NCBI GenBank assembly: GCA_965203805.1
Contig: OZ241917.1
Location: 1,696,001-1,760,000 of the forward strand
Direction of reading: 5' to 3'
Origin: Candidatus Latescibacterota bacterium
GTDB lineage: Bacteria > Latescibacterota > UBA2968 > GCA-2709665
DNA length: 64,000 bases
A program made the position numbers and the translations under genes. The first letter of the stretch is position 1. Every line of letters begins with the position of its first letter. Below, in pieces: positions 17,704 through 28,661 of the stretch. The notes beneath the pieces were generated by a model that searched no databases, was not told the DNA's origin, and saw nothing but the letters and a program-made list of their open reading frames with translations.

Positions 17704-20700
17704 TCAATTGCGCAAAATGCCGATTGTGCCGCGCAACCCGTTCACCTGCCATTCCCGCTTAAACTGGCAGGAATCCGGCAGTTGGCCTACCAGCAATTCC
17801 TCGGCAAGCGTCTCCCCGCCGACGTACGACCGGTAGCGGGCGACCGCACGCTCCAGGCGACCTTCTCCGAATACCCCCACCTGGATGCGGTCGACGACGT
17901 TCAATCCCATCTCCTTCCGCATGTTCTGAACGCGGTTGACGAACTCGCGCGCGGTACACTCGTCGATCAGTTCCTCGTCGAGATGCACGTCCAGCCCCAC
18001 GCACAGGTTGTTCTCGACGGCAACGACCACGTCGTCTTTCTTTCGCCGCTGGATTTCCAGGTCTTCGAGGCCGATTTCGCCCCCCGCAACCGCCAGCGTC
18101 TCCCCCGTCTGCAGGCGTTCGACCTCGCCGGGCGCCAACCCGGCGATCCGTCCGGCCACTTCTTTCATGCGTTTCCCGAAACGCGGACCGAGCGCCCTGA
18201 AATTGGGTCTGTAGGTGATTTCGCTCAACTCGGTCTCGTCCTCGACAAACACGATCTCTTTGATATTCAGTTCCTCTGCGATCAGTCCCTGCATCGACGC
18301 CAGTGCATCGCGCCCGGCGGCATCGGGCGGCAGAAGGTAGACCCGTCGCAGCGGTTGGCGGACCTTCAGGTCGTGACGGCTGCGAAGCGACCGGCCGAGG
18401 GCAACCGCGCGCATCGCCAGATGCATCTGCGCCTCGAGTTCGGGATCGCGTAACGACTCATCCGCTTGCGGCATTTCGCACAGGTGCACACTCTCCGGCG
18501 CTTCCGGGTGCACGCTTCTCACCAGATTCTGATAGATATGCTCGGTTATGAACGGCAATACAGGCGCCATCGCCTTGACCAGCGCGACCAACACCTCGTA
18601 GAGTGTCTCGTAAACCGCCGCCTTGTCCTCGTCGTCTTCCGACTTCCAGAAGCGGCGGCGGCTGCGGCGGATGTACCAATTCGTCAGCTTTTCCACGAAC
18701 GAGACCATTACCGGCACGGTCCTGTACAAGCGGTAAGCCGACATCTCCGCGTTCATGTCGTGGAGCAGGGTCTGCAATTCCGACAGGATCCAGCGGTCCA
18801 GTTCGTGTGCGGGCGCGGACCCGGTCGACGAGGCGGGCGTCCAGCCGTCGATATTTGCGTAGGTGACGAAAATTCCGCCGTACGCGTTCCACAGTGGGAT
18901 AATGACCGACCTGAGGCTTTCCTGAATGCCCCGCTCGCTGATTCTCAGTTCCTCGGCCTTGAGCGCCGGGGAGTTGAGGAGATACAACCGTAACGCGTCC
19001 GCGCCGTACGCATCCAGCATTTCGGTGGGTTCCGGATAGTTCTTCAGCCGCTTGCTCATCTTGCGCCCGTCCTCAGCAAGCAGCATCCCGGAAACAATGC
19101 AATTCCTGAACGCCGGTTCCTCAAATAACGCGGCGGCGAGAACCGTCAGCGTATAAAACCAGCCGCGGGTCTGATCCAGCCCTTCCGAAATGAAATCTGC
19201 CGGAAAATTCGCATCGAAAAACGATCGGTTCGCGAACGGATAGTGTGTCTGGGCGTACGGCATGGACCCGGACTCGAACCAGCAATCCAGCACCTCGGGC
19301 ACGCGTTTCAACAAACCCCGTCCGGTGGGGCTGGGGATTTCGATATGGTCGATCAGGTGCTTGTGCAGATCCTCAACCTTGCGACCGCTCAAGCGCTCCA
19401 GTTCCTCCCGGCTTCCGAGACAGATCGTCTCCTTCGTCTCCTCATTACGCCACACGGGTAGCGGCGTGCCCCAGTACCGGTTCCTGCTGATCGCCCAATC
19501 GCGCGCATCCTCAAGCCATCGCCCGAACCGCCCGTTCTTGATGTGCTCCGGCACCCAGCGGATCCGCTGGTTGGCGGCGATCATCTTCTCCTTGATCGGC
19601 CCGATGGCCACAAACCACGTCGAAATCGCCCGATAAATCAGGGGAGAATCGCACCGCCAGCAATAAGGGTAACTGTGTACCAGCGTTCCGTCGGAAAACA
19701 GCAATTCACGCTTTCGCAGCTGTCTCACGATATCGCGGTCGACATCCTTTACGAAACGTCCAGCATAGTCCGGGACCTCGCCGGTAAACGCGCAGTCTTC
19801 GTCGATCGGACACACGACCGGGATGCCCTCTTCAACGCCCAATTGATAGTCGTCTTCGCCGAAACCCGGGGCGACATGGACAATTCCGGTACCGTCGTCG
19901 GTGGACACGAAATCGGCTGCAACCACACGAAACGCGCCCTCGTCTCCCAGTTCCGCAAAATAGCGGAACAACGGCTCGTAGCGCATCTCCAGCAGCCCCT
20001 CCGTCGGCTCCGGCTCCACCCGTACCACTTCTCCGTTTCGCCTGCCGAACACGGCATCGAAACGCGGTTCCGCAAGAATCAACTGCTCGCCGTTCTCCAT
20101 GTGGACGCGTACGTACCGGATATCCTCCCCCACCGCGAGCGCCATGTTTGAAGGCAGCGTCCACGGGGTCGTTGTCCAGGCGAGAATCGATGTATTCGCC
20201 TGTCCTCGCACCCGGAACCGCACCGTAATCGAAGGATCCTGGGTGTCCCGGTAGCCCCCAAGGTTCACCTCGAAATTCGAAAGCGGCGTAGCGCACCTTG
20301 GACAATAGGCGAGCGAATAGTAACCCTCGTAAACCAGGTCCTTCTCCCACAGGCTCTTGAACACCCACCACACCGACTCCATGAAATCCGGATCCATCGT
20401 CCTGTACTGGTGGTCCCAGTCCACCCACCGTCCGCATCGCTGGATGACCTGCTTCCACTCCGCCGTGTATTGAAGCACCTGTTCACGGCAGAACTCGTTG
20501 AACCGGTCCACTCCGAATGCAAGGATGTCTTTCCGGGACTTCAGGCCCAACTGCTTCTCGGCCTCGTTTTCGACCGGCAGACCGTGGCAATCCCATCCGA
20601 AACGCCGGTCCACCCGGTATCCGCGCATGGTCCAGTACCGCGGTACGACGTCTTTGATGATGGAGGCCAGCAGATGACCGTAATGCGGAAGCCCGCTGGC

Positions 20701-20874
20701 GAAGGGCGGTCCGTCATTGAAAATGAACGCGCTGGATGCCGGGCGGGTCGCCACCGACTTCGCAAACGTCCGGTTCTTCTCCCAGAAACGAAGGACTTCC
20801 CGCTCCATTTCGGGAAAGTTCATCCTGCCGGAAACATCTGCAAAACCCTTGCCTGCCTGCTTTAACGCCGCCAT
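17704..20874 (-). CDS. ileS: Isoleucine--tRNA ligase (type 2-like)
   Basis: DGPPFASGLPHYGH, GWDCHGLP, WTTTPWTLP, DWAISRNRYWG, EGLDQTRGWF and KMSKR motifs. Confidence 0.97.
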   Translation of the reverse strand: MAALKQAGKGFADVSGRMNFPEMEREVLRFWEKNRTFAKSVATRPASSAFIFNDGPPFASGLPHYGHLLASIIKDVVPRYWTMRGYRVDRRFGWDCHGLPVENEAEKQLGLKSRKDILAFGVDRFNEFCREQVLQYTAEWKQVIQRCGRWVDWDHQYRTMDPDFMESVWWVFKSLWEKDLVYEGYYSLAYCPRCATPLSNFEVNLGGYRDTQDPSITVRFRVRGQANTSILAWTTTPWTLPSNMALAVGEDIRYVRVHMENGEQLILAEPRFDAVFGRRNGEVVRVEPEPTEGLLEMRYEPLFRYFAELGDEGAFRVVAADFVSTDDGTGIVHVAPGFGEDDYQLGVEEGIPVVCPIDEDCAFTGEVPDYAGRFVKDVDRDIVRQLRKRELLFSDGTLVHSYPYCWRCDSPLIYRAISTWFVAIGPIKEKMIAANQRIRWVPEHIKNGRFGRWLEDARDWAISRNRYWGTPLPVWRNEETKETICLGSREELERLSGRKVEDLHKHLIDHIEIPSPTGRGLLKRVPEVLDCWFESGSMPYAQTHYPFANRSFFDANFPADFISEGLDQTRGWFYTLTVLAAALFEEPAFRNCIVSGMLLAEDGRKMSKRLKNYPEPTEMLDAYGADALRLYLLNSPALKAEELRISERGIQESLRSVIIPLWNAYGGIFVTYANIDGWTPASSTGSAPAHELDRWILSELQTLLHDMNAEMSAYRLYRTVPVMVSFVEKLTNWYIRRSRRRFWKSEDDEDKAAVYETLYEVLVALVKAMAPVLPFITEHIYQNLVRSVHPEAPESVHLCEMPQADESLRDPELEAQMHLAMRAVALGRSLRSRHDLKVRQPLRRVYLLPPDAAGRDALASMQGLIAEELNIKEIVFVEDETELSEITYRPNFRALGPRFGKRMKEVAGRIAGLAPGEVERLQTGETLAVAGGEIGLEDLEIQRRKKDDVVVAVENNLCVGLDVHLDEELIDECTAREFVNRVQNMRKEMGLNVVDRIQVGVFGEGRLERAVARYRSYVGGETLAEELLVGQLPDSCQFKREWQVNGLRGTIGILRN

Positions 20875-21028
20875 GAGGGTTTTTCCATCAATTGGTGGGT
20901 CTGTAATCCTGGGGATATCGAGCGCTTCAACGTCCAGTCATTTCCGGTACCGCGACCGATCGGAACCCGTTCCCTTCCGTGCCGCAGGCCGGTTCAGCCG
21001 GTCGTGTGTTGCATGGGAATATCGAATA

Positions 21029-21499
21029 TCAGCGATTCGACCGACCGTTCACCATCGCGACGATCCGATCTTTGTTCTCCTTCAGCAGCGCCTTCTGCTC
21101 CGGCCACATCATCACCGGCAGCCGATCGATCGGGAACCAGTCAACGATTTCGTGATGTTCGACGTCGGTCGGCACGACGTGCACCTGCTCGGTCCTATAG
21201 AGGAAATAGTGCGTGGTTTTCCATTCCGTGCGACGATAATTCATCCGTGCCCGCACGCCCATCGACTGGATCAGCTCCATCTCGGTAAAACCCGCCTCCT
21301 CCTCGATCTCCCGTCTCGCGGCTTCCTCGACGGACTCGCCTCCGTCCACGTGCCCCTTGGGAAGCACATATTCCTCGTACGACTGTTCGCGAATCAGCGC
21401 CACCAGCACCCGACCGTCCGCCACCCTCGCAACCACGCCCCCCGCCGAGACGGCTTCCGGGGCGTCCCCGGGCCTCCTGTACCATCGCTCATCGATCAT
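21029..21499 (-). CDS. NUDIX hydrolase
   Basis: Nudix box GHVDGGESVEEAARREIEEEAG. Confidence 0.92.
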   Translation of the reverse strand: MIDERWYRRPGDAPEAVSAGGVVARVADGRVLVALIREQSYEEYVLPKGHVDGGESVEEAARREIEEEAGFTEMELIQSMGVRARMNYRRTEWKTTHYFLYRTEQVHVVPTDVEHHEIVDWFPIDRLPVMMWPEQKALLKENKDRIVAMVNGRSNR

Positions 21500-22383
21500 T
21501 GCAACCCACCCAGATAGTGTCCGTACAAGACATTCAGCCGCTGCCTCGCTTCATCGGGAATGGCGTCGGGCGACGTGATGATCGCGTCTCGCGCCGCGTG
21601 CAGGCATTCGCAATCGGTCGTCTCCGGAAGCAGCCCGGAGATTTCTCTCACGACCGCATTCGCCGTCCGCGTATTGGCCTTCATGATAGCGAGTACGGAC
21701 TCGATTTCGACGTCCCCTTCCTGCTCATGCCAGCAATCGTAATCCGTGCCCATGGAAAGCACGGCATAACACATCTCGGCCTCGCGGGCAAGTTTGGCCT
21801 CGGGAAGCGCCGTCATTCCAATCACCGTGGCATCAACGGCACGACGGTAAAAGTGCGACTCCGCCCGGGTCGAAAACTGCGGCCCTTCCATGCAGATATA
21901 GGTGCCGCCTTCGTGAACCACAGCGCCCGTGTTTCGCGCCGCCCGCACCACCAGGGAGCGCAGACCCGCGCAGAACGGGTCTGCGAAGGCAACATGTCCC
22001 ACCACCCCGTCGCCGAAGAACGTGGACGGCCTGATTCCCTTGGTACGGTCGAAAATCTGGTTCGGCACCACAATGTCTCCAGGCCTGATGTGTTCCTTCA
22101 TGATTCCCACGGCGCCTACCGCGAGAACGTGGGTAATTTCCAGTTGCTTCAAAGCATGGATATTGGCGCGGTATTTCACCTCGGACGGCAGCAACCTGTG
22201 ACCCCTTCCATGGCGAGGCAGAAACACGACCGCGCGTCCGTCGATATCCGTTTCCACCAGAAGATCGGACGGGCGTCCGAACGGCGTATCCACCTCACGT
22301 TCCCGCACCACCGTGACGCCTTCCATCTCATAGAACCCGGATCCGCCGATCACACCCAGGCGCAGCGGGGTAGGCTTTGTCAT
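21496..22383 (-). CDS. mtnP: S-methyl-5'-thioadenosine phosphorylase
   Basis: GVIGGSG, PRHGRGH, EGPQFSTRAES, IGMT, EAKLAREAE and TDYDCW motifs. Confidence 0.93.
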   Translation of the reverse strand: MTKPTPLRLGVIGGSGFYEMEGVTVVREREVDTPFGRPSDLLVETDIDGRAVVFLPRHGRGHRLLPSEVKYRANIHALKQLEITHVLAVGAVGIMKEHIRPGDIVVPNQIFDRTKGIRPSTFFGDGVVGHVAFADPFCAGLRSLVVRAARNTGAVVHEGGTYICMEGPQFSTRAESHFYRRAVDATVIGMTALPEAKLAREAEMCYAVLSMGTDYDCWHEQEGDVEIESVLAIMKANTRTANAVVREISGLLPETTDCECLHAARDAIITSPDAIPDEARQRLNVLYGHYLGGLQ

Positions 22384-22404
22384 GGAACCGCTCCGTTCCC
22401 GCTT

Positions 22405-23007
22405 CTACGACACGCTAAGGCCAAAGACCGTGAGAACGGCCGCCTTGGCGAAATTCAAAAGCAGAATCAACAGAATCGGCGACAGATCGAACATCCCCAA
22501 CGGCGGAATCATGCGCCGGAACGGGGCCATTACGGGCTCAGTCAGTGCATACAGCGTCCAGATCAGCCGCCCGTTCCGCAGAAAGGGAATCCAGGAGACA
22601 ATGATGCGAGCGAGGATCAACACAAGATAGACCGAAATCGCCCCGTAAAAGAGCCAGCCGATGACCTGTAGAAAAGCCAGGTTCAATAATGCCCGAACCA
22701 CGCCTTCCAACGCCAGAAGCACGTCGTTGCTGACCCACTTCAGAAAAAACGCGGCCAACAACGTTGCAAGAATCACGAACAACGGCGCAATGCCCAGACT
22801 GTTGGGCGCGGGCAGACTTTGCGCAACCGGCCAGATCATCGGATCGGTCCACTCCCGGACGATCTGGGCCAGCCGGCCAAAGGGCTGCACCCTGAACAGG
22901 ACCCATCGTAGAACCATCAGAACAACGACAACCACAACCGCCGCAAATGCCACGAAATTGACGGCCGCGCGCATATAGTCGATTACCTGAAGCAAAACGT
23001 ATAACAT
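22405..23007 (-). CDS. yggT: YggT family membrane protein (two repeats)
   Basis: [22 protein letters not shown] motif; follows yggS. Confidence 0.88.
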   Translation of the reverse strand: MLYVLLQVIDYMRAAVNFVAFAAVVVVVVLMVLRWVLFRVQPFGRLAQIVREWTDPMIWPVAQSLPAPNSLGIAPLFVILATLLAAFFLKWVSNDVLLALEGVVRALLNLAFLQVIGWLFYGAISVYLVLILARIIVSWIPFLRNGRLIWTLYALTEPVMAPFRRMIPPLGMFDLSPILLILLLNFAKAAVLTVFGLSVS

Positions 23008-23102
23008 AGTCGCCCTTCGCTGAACCCTGCCGACGCGGAAAGTCGCGCGCCCGTCAGGCGGCGGGTCGCAGCGATTTCATCCGGAAGCGTCCCGTCCCCG
23101 CG

Positions 23103-23792
23103 TCATCGCCTCGAGCCGAAGATCGCAGATCCTATGCGTACCATTGTGGCGCCTTCCTCAATTGCCACCTCAAAATCACCCGTCATCCCCATGGAAAGGT
23201 GTGCCATTGATACACCGGGCAACCTCGCCGCCGCGACCTTCTCGCTCAGTTGACGCAACTGGACGAAACATGGTCGCACCGCCTCCGGGTCCGGCAGAAA
23301 CCGGCCAATCGTCATCAACCCCTCCACACCCAATCCTTTTACTTCCGAAATCCGCCCGACCAGATCGACTGTGGCGTCGGGCCCGGACCCGAATTGCGAG
23401 GCCGACCCCGACGTATTCACCTGAACGAGCGTCCGTGCGGACATCCCTGCCTGCACGGCTCGTTTCCCGATCTCCTTTGCCAATCGAAAACTGTCCACCG
23501 AGTGAACCATTTCGAACATTCGGAGGGCGCTTTTCACCTTGTTCCGCTGCAGATGTCCCACGAGGTGCCATTCCACTGCACCCGTAACGCTGCCAACCTT
23601 CGTCTCGGCCTCCTGTACGCGGTTCTCGCCCAGAACGCGGACCCCGGCCTGCACCGCTTCCCCGACGGCCTCGACGGGCTTCGACTTTGAGACCGCGACA
23701 AGAGTTACATCGTGCGCCTGCCGCCCCGTTCGCTCGGCGGCGCTGGCGATGCGTTCACGGACCCGCTTCAGATTCTCGGAAATCGACTTCAT
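23103..23792 (-). CDS. yggS: PLP homeostasis protein (YggS family)
   Basis: [33 protein letters not shown] and VRIGSAIFG motifs. Confidence 0.95.
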   Translation of the reverse strand: MKSISENLKRVRERIASAAERTGRQAHDVTLVAVSKSKPVEAVGEAVQAGVRVLGENRVQEAETKVGSVTGAVEWHLVGHLQRNKVKSALRMFEMVHSVDSFRLAKEIGKRAVQAGMSARTLVQVNTSGSASQFGSGPDATVDLVGRISEVKGLGVEGLMTIGRFLPDPEAVRPCFVQLRQLSEKVAAARLPGVSMAHLSMGMTGDFEVAIEEGATMVRIGSAIFGSRR

Positions 23793-23965
23793 TGGCGCTG
23801 CGCCACAACAAAAAAGGGTGAATTGCGGTTCCGATACAGAATAACAAATTTACAACAAGGCAACCATTTTGGCAACCCATTCGCAGACCGGGAATTCCCG
23901 AATTCAACCATCGGCCTTACCAGCAATCTGCCAAACAACGAAAAACAAGCGGATTACGCGGAAGA

Positions 23966-26593
23966 TCACACGAAACCACCGGTTCCGGGTCCGTGTCCGG
24001 ACGGCTCTGCCGGCTCCGACGATACCCGAGACTCGCTTCCGTCGTTGTGGATTTCGACGACACCAAGGCTCCCATCCACGGTAATCCGGTCTCCCGTACG
24101 GATTCGCCGCGTCGCGCCCGACACCCCCACAACTGCCGGCACCCGGTACTCCCGGGCGATCACCGAACTGTGGTTCAGCACGCCGCCGATTTCCGTGACC
24201 ACCGCGCTAACGCGCCGGAAGAGCGGGGTCCATCCCGGGTCGGTACCGAGCGCGACCAGCACCTCCCCCTGCGCCAGCGCCTCGAACTCCTCGGGACCGC
24301 GTATCAGCCGGGCGATTCCGGTCGCCGTACCGGGGCTGGTGCCAACGCCTTCAAGCCTGCTCGCATCGGGGTCTCCCCCCCGAATCGGGTTCTCGCCACG
24401 ACCTTCAATCCAGAAGTAATACGGCTGCCGGCAACGCGCACGTTCGAAATCGGCGATCCGTCGATCGACTTCATCCTCGCTTGCGACGGCGCCGCCCGTG
24501 AACGCATTCTCGACTTCGCCACACGACAGGAAAAACACCTCATCCCTCCGCCGCAGCATCCCGCGGGATACGAGATGATCACCCAGTTTCAGATAGACTG
24601 CTCTGTACCCGGCAAACAGCCTGTCCAGACGGAATCTCAACTCTTCACGCAGTCCGAGATAGATTCTGGCGTATTTCAGCACCCGGCGAAATATCGTGGT
24701 CCGCACCCATCGCCACGGCGAATCGGACAGACGTTTCAATACCTTCGCTTCCGCGGACCGCACCACTTCCTTTGGCTCCTTCCTCACCGATACGGGTTCC
24801 GCACCAAGGTTCTGACGGAGCATCTGCACGACAGTCTCCGGGCGTTCACGCCAGCGTTCAAACGTAAAATCCCGATTCGCAGAGCGAATTCCGTACGCGT
24901 CGACAAATGCGTTGAACCTGGATGCAACGTCGGCATGGCCGGCCCGAAGGCATTCGAGAAACGCGGCGTCGGTCCCGGTTTCCAGGGTCCGCCGAAGCAC
25001 GGCATCGCTTCGGATCTCATCCGACAATTTTCCCAGTGCGGCATTGACTTCGGACGTCGCATTGCGTTCAGGCAACAGCAGCAGATCCTTGAATGTGGCC
25101 ACGTCGAGATCCGCCCAGCGGACCAGCATCGCGCGCAAAACCCAGATGCAGTTCATCGCATACGCGTAACTCCACTGGTTGACGTCCCTCTGCTGACGCA
25201 CGGCGAGTTCCGTCAGACGACTCGCGGCCAGAAGCAGGACGTCCGGGTCCCGGGCCGCGGAAATCTGGCGTTCGATGAAACGCACCCGCCGGTTGAATAC
25301 CGGGAAAAACGCCCGCCTGACCCTTCGGTGATTGCTGTGAATCAGACCGTACGGTTCGGTCATCAGGAGGCCCGGAAGACGCAGCAGCGCCGGTACGATC
25401 CCCATCCAGGTCCGGCTCGCGCACGCCACCTCCCGCCGGAGCTTTCGCGGCAAAATGACCAGCGCATCGTCCATCAGCAGTTTCGCGGGAACCAGTTTGA
25501 GGGCCTGCGCAACGGCATCCGCGTTCACGTACATGTAGGAATCGATCACCTTCATCATATCGTGGCGTACCAGCGCCCTGAGTCCGAGTCGCCGTGCGGG
25601 CCCCTGAAACGTGTACGCGTGGCTCAGCCGGCCCGCAATGACGGACGCCGTCATCGGAGAGAGGGCCTCGGACCAGACGTCGTCGCAGATCCCCCGGGAC
25701 CAGGCGCCGTGCGGCCTGGATACGCTCGTCGTAATCGGTCGCGTCTGCAGGACATAAAGCCGTCCGCCGGAAAACGCCCATTCGACGTCCTGGGGCCGGC
25801 CGTCGGAAAACGACTCGATCTCGCAGCCCCGCCGCCACAGCAATTGCAGCTCGCGCGGAGAAAGCGCCTCCTCGTCCCGCAGCCCCTCGGGCATGGGTTC
25901 AGACCGGCGGCCACCCGGTCGCAGGCGCCATAACTTGTGTGCTATCCGCTTCTCCACGACCCGGCCGGACTTCCGGTCCAGCACGTATGAGTCGGGCGAA
26001 ACCTCGCCCCCGACAACGGTCTCGCCGAGACCCCAGTTGGCCTCCACAAAAATACCCGGCGCGCCTGAGGCTACCGGGTTCTTTGTAAAAAGGATGCCTG
26101 ATTTTTCGGCCTCGACCATCTCCTGTACGACAACCGCAATGCGCGGAACCAGACCGGGCGCATAGGTTCGCAACCGGTCGTTCCACGCCGACGCCCAGCA
26201 CAGCCGTACGTGCTCGATGACCGACGCGACATCCGTCAGGTTCAGGTAGGTTTCGAACTGCCCGGCAAACGCGTATGCACGGCCGTCCTCGGACGCGCCG
26301 GACGAACGGACGGCCACGGATCTGACGCCGGCGCCCATCAGAGATTCGGACGAGCATCGGATGGCTGTTTCGACTTCGGACGGAAATGAACCCCGGGCAA
26401 CGGTCTCCTCGGTTGCGCCGGCCGGATCGAGGCCATTGTGTTCCAGAAACCGGACACAGGCGTCCGCCGTCACGCAAAATCCGTCCGGAACGCGGAAACC
26501 TCCCTCGAGCAAACGACCCAGATTTCGCGCCTTACCGCCGACCTGCTCCAATGAAGCCTTGCACGCCTGAGCGAGTTCAACGACAATTTCCAT
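23966..26593 (-). CDS. PEP-synthase/PPDK-like phosphotransferase (ATP-grasp, substrate domain, C-terminal His swivel)
   Basis: VGGKARNL, VAVRSS, FAGQFET, QDVEWA, LQTRPIT, TDPGWTPLF, TEIGGVLNHSSVIAREY. Start at MEIVVEL. Confidence 0.88.
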   Translation of the reverse strand: MEIVVELAQACKASLEQVGGKARNLGRLLEGGFRVPDGFCVTADACVRFLEHNGLDPAGATEETVARGSFPSEVETAIRCSSESLMGAGVRSVAVRSSGASEDGRAYAFAGQFETYLNLTDVASVIEHVRLCWASAWNDRLRTYAPGLVPRIAVVVQEMVEAEKSGILFTKNPVASGAPGIFVEANWGLGETVVGGEVSPDSYVLDRKSGRVVEKRIAHKLWRLRPGGRRSEPMPEGLRDEEALSPRELQLLWRRGCEIESFSDGRPQDVEWAFSGGRLYVLQTRPITTSVSRPHGAWSRGICDDVWSEALSPMTASVIAGRLSHAYTFQGPARRLGLRALVRHDMMKVIDSYMYVNADAVAQALKLVPAKLLMDDALVILPRKLRREVACASRTWMGIVPALLRLPGLLMTEPYGLIHSNHRRVRRAFFPVFNRRVRFIERQISAARDPDVLLLAASRLTELAVRQQRDVNQWSYAYAMNCIWVLRAMLVRWADLDVATFKDLLLLPERNATSEVNAALGKLSDEIRSDAVLRRTLETGTDAAFLECLRAGHADVASRFNAFVDAYGIRSANRDFTFERWRERPETVVQMLRQNLGAEPVSVRKEPKEVVRSAEAKVLKRLSDSPWRWVRTTIFRRVLKYARIYLGLREELRFRLDRLFAGYRAVYLKLGDHLVSRGMLRRRDEVFFLSCGEVENAFTGGAVASEDEVDRRIADFERARCRQPYYFWIEGRGENPIRGGDPDASRLEGVGTSPGTATGIARLIRGPEEFEALAQGEVLVALGTDPGWTPLFRRVSAVVTEIGGVLNHSSVIAREYRVPAVVGVSGATRRIRTGDRITVDGSLGVVEIHNDGSESRVSSEPAEPSGHGPGTGGFV

Positions 26594-26595
26594 AG

Positions 26596-27585
26596 TTATC
26601 GGTCCGTCCGGAGCGCCTGCAGGAAACCGTGCATCTGCCCGACGCAAAACGCGATATAGGCACGCCCTTCCTCGTCGCCCGCCAGTTCCATGATGTGGTC
26701 GTAGTCGATGGCGCCGTCAAAGCCCACGTCGTGCAGCGCACGAACCACCTGAAACATATTCAGGTCTCCCGTATCCGGAATCACCTCCTCGTATCCTCCG
26801 GTTTCCGGAATGGTCCCCCGTACGTTCCGAAAGTGGACGTGGAAGATCTTCCCCTGCCCGCCAAATCGCCGGATTCCCTCGAACACGTCCTCGCCGGATT
26901 CGTACCGCGTCCCAACGCAGAACGTCATCCCGTTTGCCGGCGAGGGCACTTCCGAAAACAACCGGTCGAACGCCTCGAAATCGAACAGGACCTGCGGCAC
27001 TCCGTAAAGGCTTGACACAGGAGGGTCGTTCCCGTGCATGGCGACCCGTGTGCCGGCCGCTTCCGCGACCGGTACCGTCGCGCGAAAAACCTTCAGGGTT
27101 CGTTCCCAGAGTTCTTCGTGCGTCGGGGCGCCTTCCGGCGCCGGTTTGTTCAACGCGTCGGTTAAATCGACTTTCAGATGCCGATAGCCGCCGCGTCCTT
27201 CGACCCATTGGTAGACGCCCCGCGGCGTCCCTCCGAACTGGGCCGCCTGAAAACACTGGATTCCCACGACGGGAAACCCGTGTTCACCGCAAAGAGCGAC
27301 GTTGGCCACAAGCCGGTCCAGTTCCTCTCCGGCATCCGCTTCATCAAGAAAAATCGCGCGCATATAGTTGTTGGTTGAATTCGCCCGCTCGATCTTCAGT
27401 CCGGCGCCGTCCACCACCTCCACCACGCGTTCCACGCTCTCGCGACACAGTCTTCCGGACTCCCTGTAGCCCGGAAAGATATCCAGCGTCACATCCACCA
27501 CATCCACGCCGATCTGCTTCAGAAACCGCAAGTCCTCCGGCCGGTCCAGCCAGCCCGGATCGATCCGCGTTCCAATCTTGATCAC
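26596..27585 (-). CDS. Mannonate dehydratase (UxuA)-like protein
   Basis: VAMHGNDPP, NGMTFCVG, KIFHVHFRNV and GAIDYDH motifs. Confidence 0.8.
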   Translation of the reverse strand: MIKIGTRIDPGWLDRPEDLRFLKQIGVDVVDVTLDIFPGYRESGRLCRESVERVVEVVDGAGLKIERANSTNNYMRAIFLDEADAGEELDRLVANVALCGEHGFPVVGIQCFQAAQFGGTPRGVYQWVEGRGGYRHLKVDLTDALNKPAPEGAPTHEELWERTLKVFRATVPVAEAAGTRVAMHGNDPPVSSLYGVPQVLFDFEAFDRLFSEVPSPANGMTFCVGTRYESGEDVFEGIRRFGGQGKIFHVHFRNVRGTIPETGGYEEVIPDTGDLNMFQVVRALHDVGFDGAIDYDHIMELAGDEEGRAYIAFCVGQMHGFLQALRTDR

Positions 27586-27694
27586 GAGACACCTCTCAGG
27601 AAGACAATTTCGTTTTCACAAGGTTATGCCCTGGACTATATTGCCTGCGTTGTGAAGATAGCCGACAGCCTGCTTACCGGGGAGCCTGCCGGAG

Positions 27695-28627
27695 ATGTAT
27701 TCCGAGGACTTCAAAAATCGACTCAAACACACCCATGCGTTCGTGGTCACGCCGTTCGAAAGGCAAGACCGCGGTCGACTTGCCGTTGACGCCCTTGAAC
27801 GGAACCTGGAGTTTCTGATCGAGCACGGCGTGAAGATACTGAACATCGGAGGGGGCACCGGGGAGGTCAACGCCCTCTCCGGCGCCGAACTTCTGGCGAT
27901 GACCCGGGTAACCTTCGACATTGCGAGGTCGGGCCCGCTGGTCATTCCCACCCTGCCGGACAACCTGGGCGCCGCTCTGGAACTCGCGCCGGTCTACGAA
28001 CGCCTGGGCGCCCGGGTCGCGCTGGGCATGGCGCCCTATATTCGCAATGAAACACCCGACGACCTGGAGGGTGTTTTCAACCACTACCGGATCCTGGCGC
28101 GCGCGTCCGGTCTCGCGTTAATGCCCTATAACACGCAGGCCTGGCCCGCGGGGTTCTTCCTCAGGCTCGCAGAGATCGACCGCATTGTCGGAATCAAGGA
28201 TCCGTGCCGGGCGCCGCACAATCTGTTCGCCGCGATTCAGATCCTGGGCGACCGCTTTGTCTGGATCGGCAACAAGCGGCATGATCCGGGCGTTCTGCAT
28301 CTGCGCTTCCAGATGGGCATCGACGGCTTCTCCGCCGGCTTCGTCAACTTCGCGCCGCAACACGAACTCGAACTCTTCGACCTGGCCTGCGAGAAGAACT
28401 GGGCGGCCATGGTCTCCCTTCAGCGTCGGCTGGCCCCTCTTGAACGGCTGAGAGCCAGGTACGGCGACGTTTCGATGATCAAAGCCGGCATGGACCTGGC
28501 CGGTCTGCACGGCGGACCCGTCCGGCCGCCTCGCGTCGACGTTCCCGTCGCGGCTCGCGCGGAAATCCGCGCCGCGCTCACGGAACTCGGCGTCGAAACG
28601 ACCGGCCCATCGTCCGAAGCGGGGTAA
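27695..28627 (+). CDS. Dihydrodipicolinate synthase (DapA)-family lyase/dehydratase
   Basis: VVTPF, GGTGE, MPYN and Schiff-base Lys in IVGIKD. Confidence 0.85.
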   Translation: MYSEDFKNRLKHTHAFVVTPFERQDRGRLAVDALERNLEFLIEHGVKILNIGGGTGEVNALSGAELLAMTRVTFDIARSGPLVIPTLPDNLGAALELAPVYERLGARVALGMAPYIRNETPDDLEGVFNHYRILARASGLALMPYNTQAWPAGFFLRLAEIDRIVGIKDPCRAPHNLFAAIQILGDRFVWIGNKRHDPGVLHLRFQMGIDGFSAGFVNFAPQHELELFDLACEKNWAAMVSLQRRLAPLERLRARYGDVSMIKAGMDLAGLHGGPVRPPRVDVPVAARAEIRAALTELGVETTGPSSEAG

Positions 28628-28661
28628 CCTCAGCAGACCGCGCACGCGGTCTGTCGACGGT

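Noticed and set aside
20875-21028. Possible T-box leader before ileS (GGTACCGCG-like string)
   Set aside because: The string is on the wrong strand and lacks the TGG core; no specifier stem or terminator is visible.
23993-25933. 646-aa plus-strand ORF, and similar long antisense ORFs such as 9320-10501, 10291-11472 and 21499-22671
   Set aside because: Shadow ORFs opposite well-supported genes in GC-rich DNA; no recognisable motifs.
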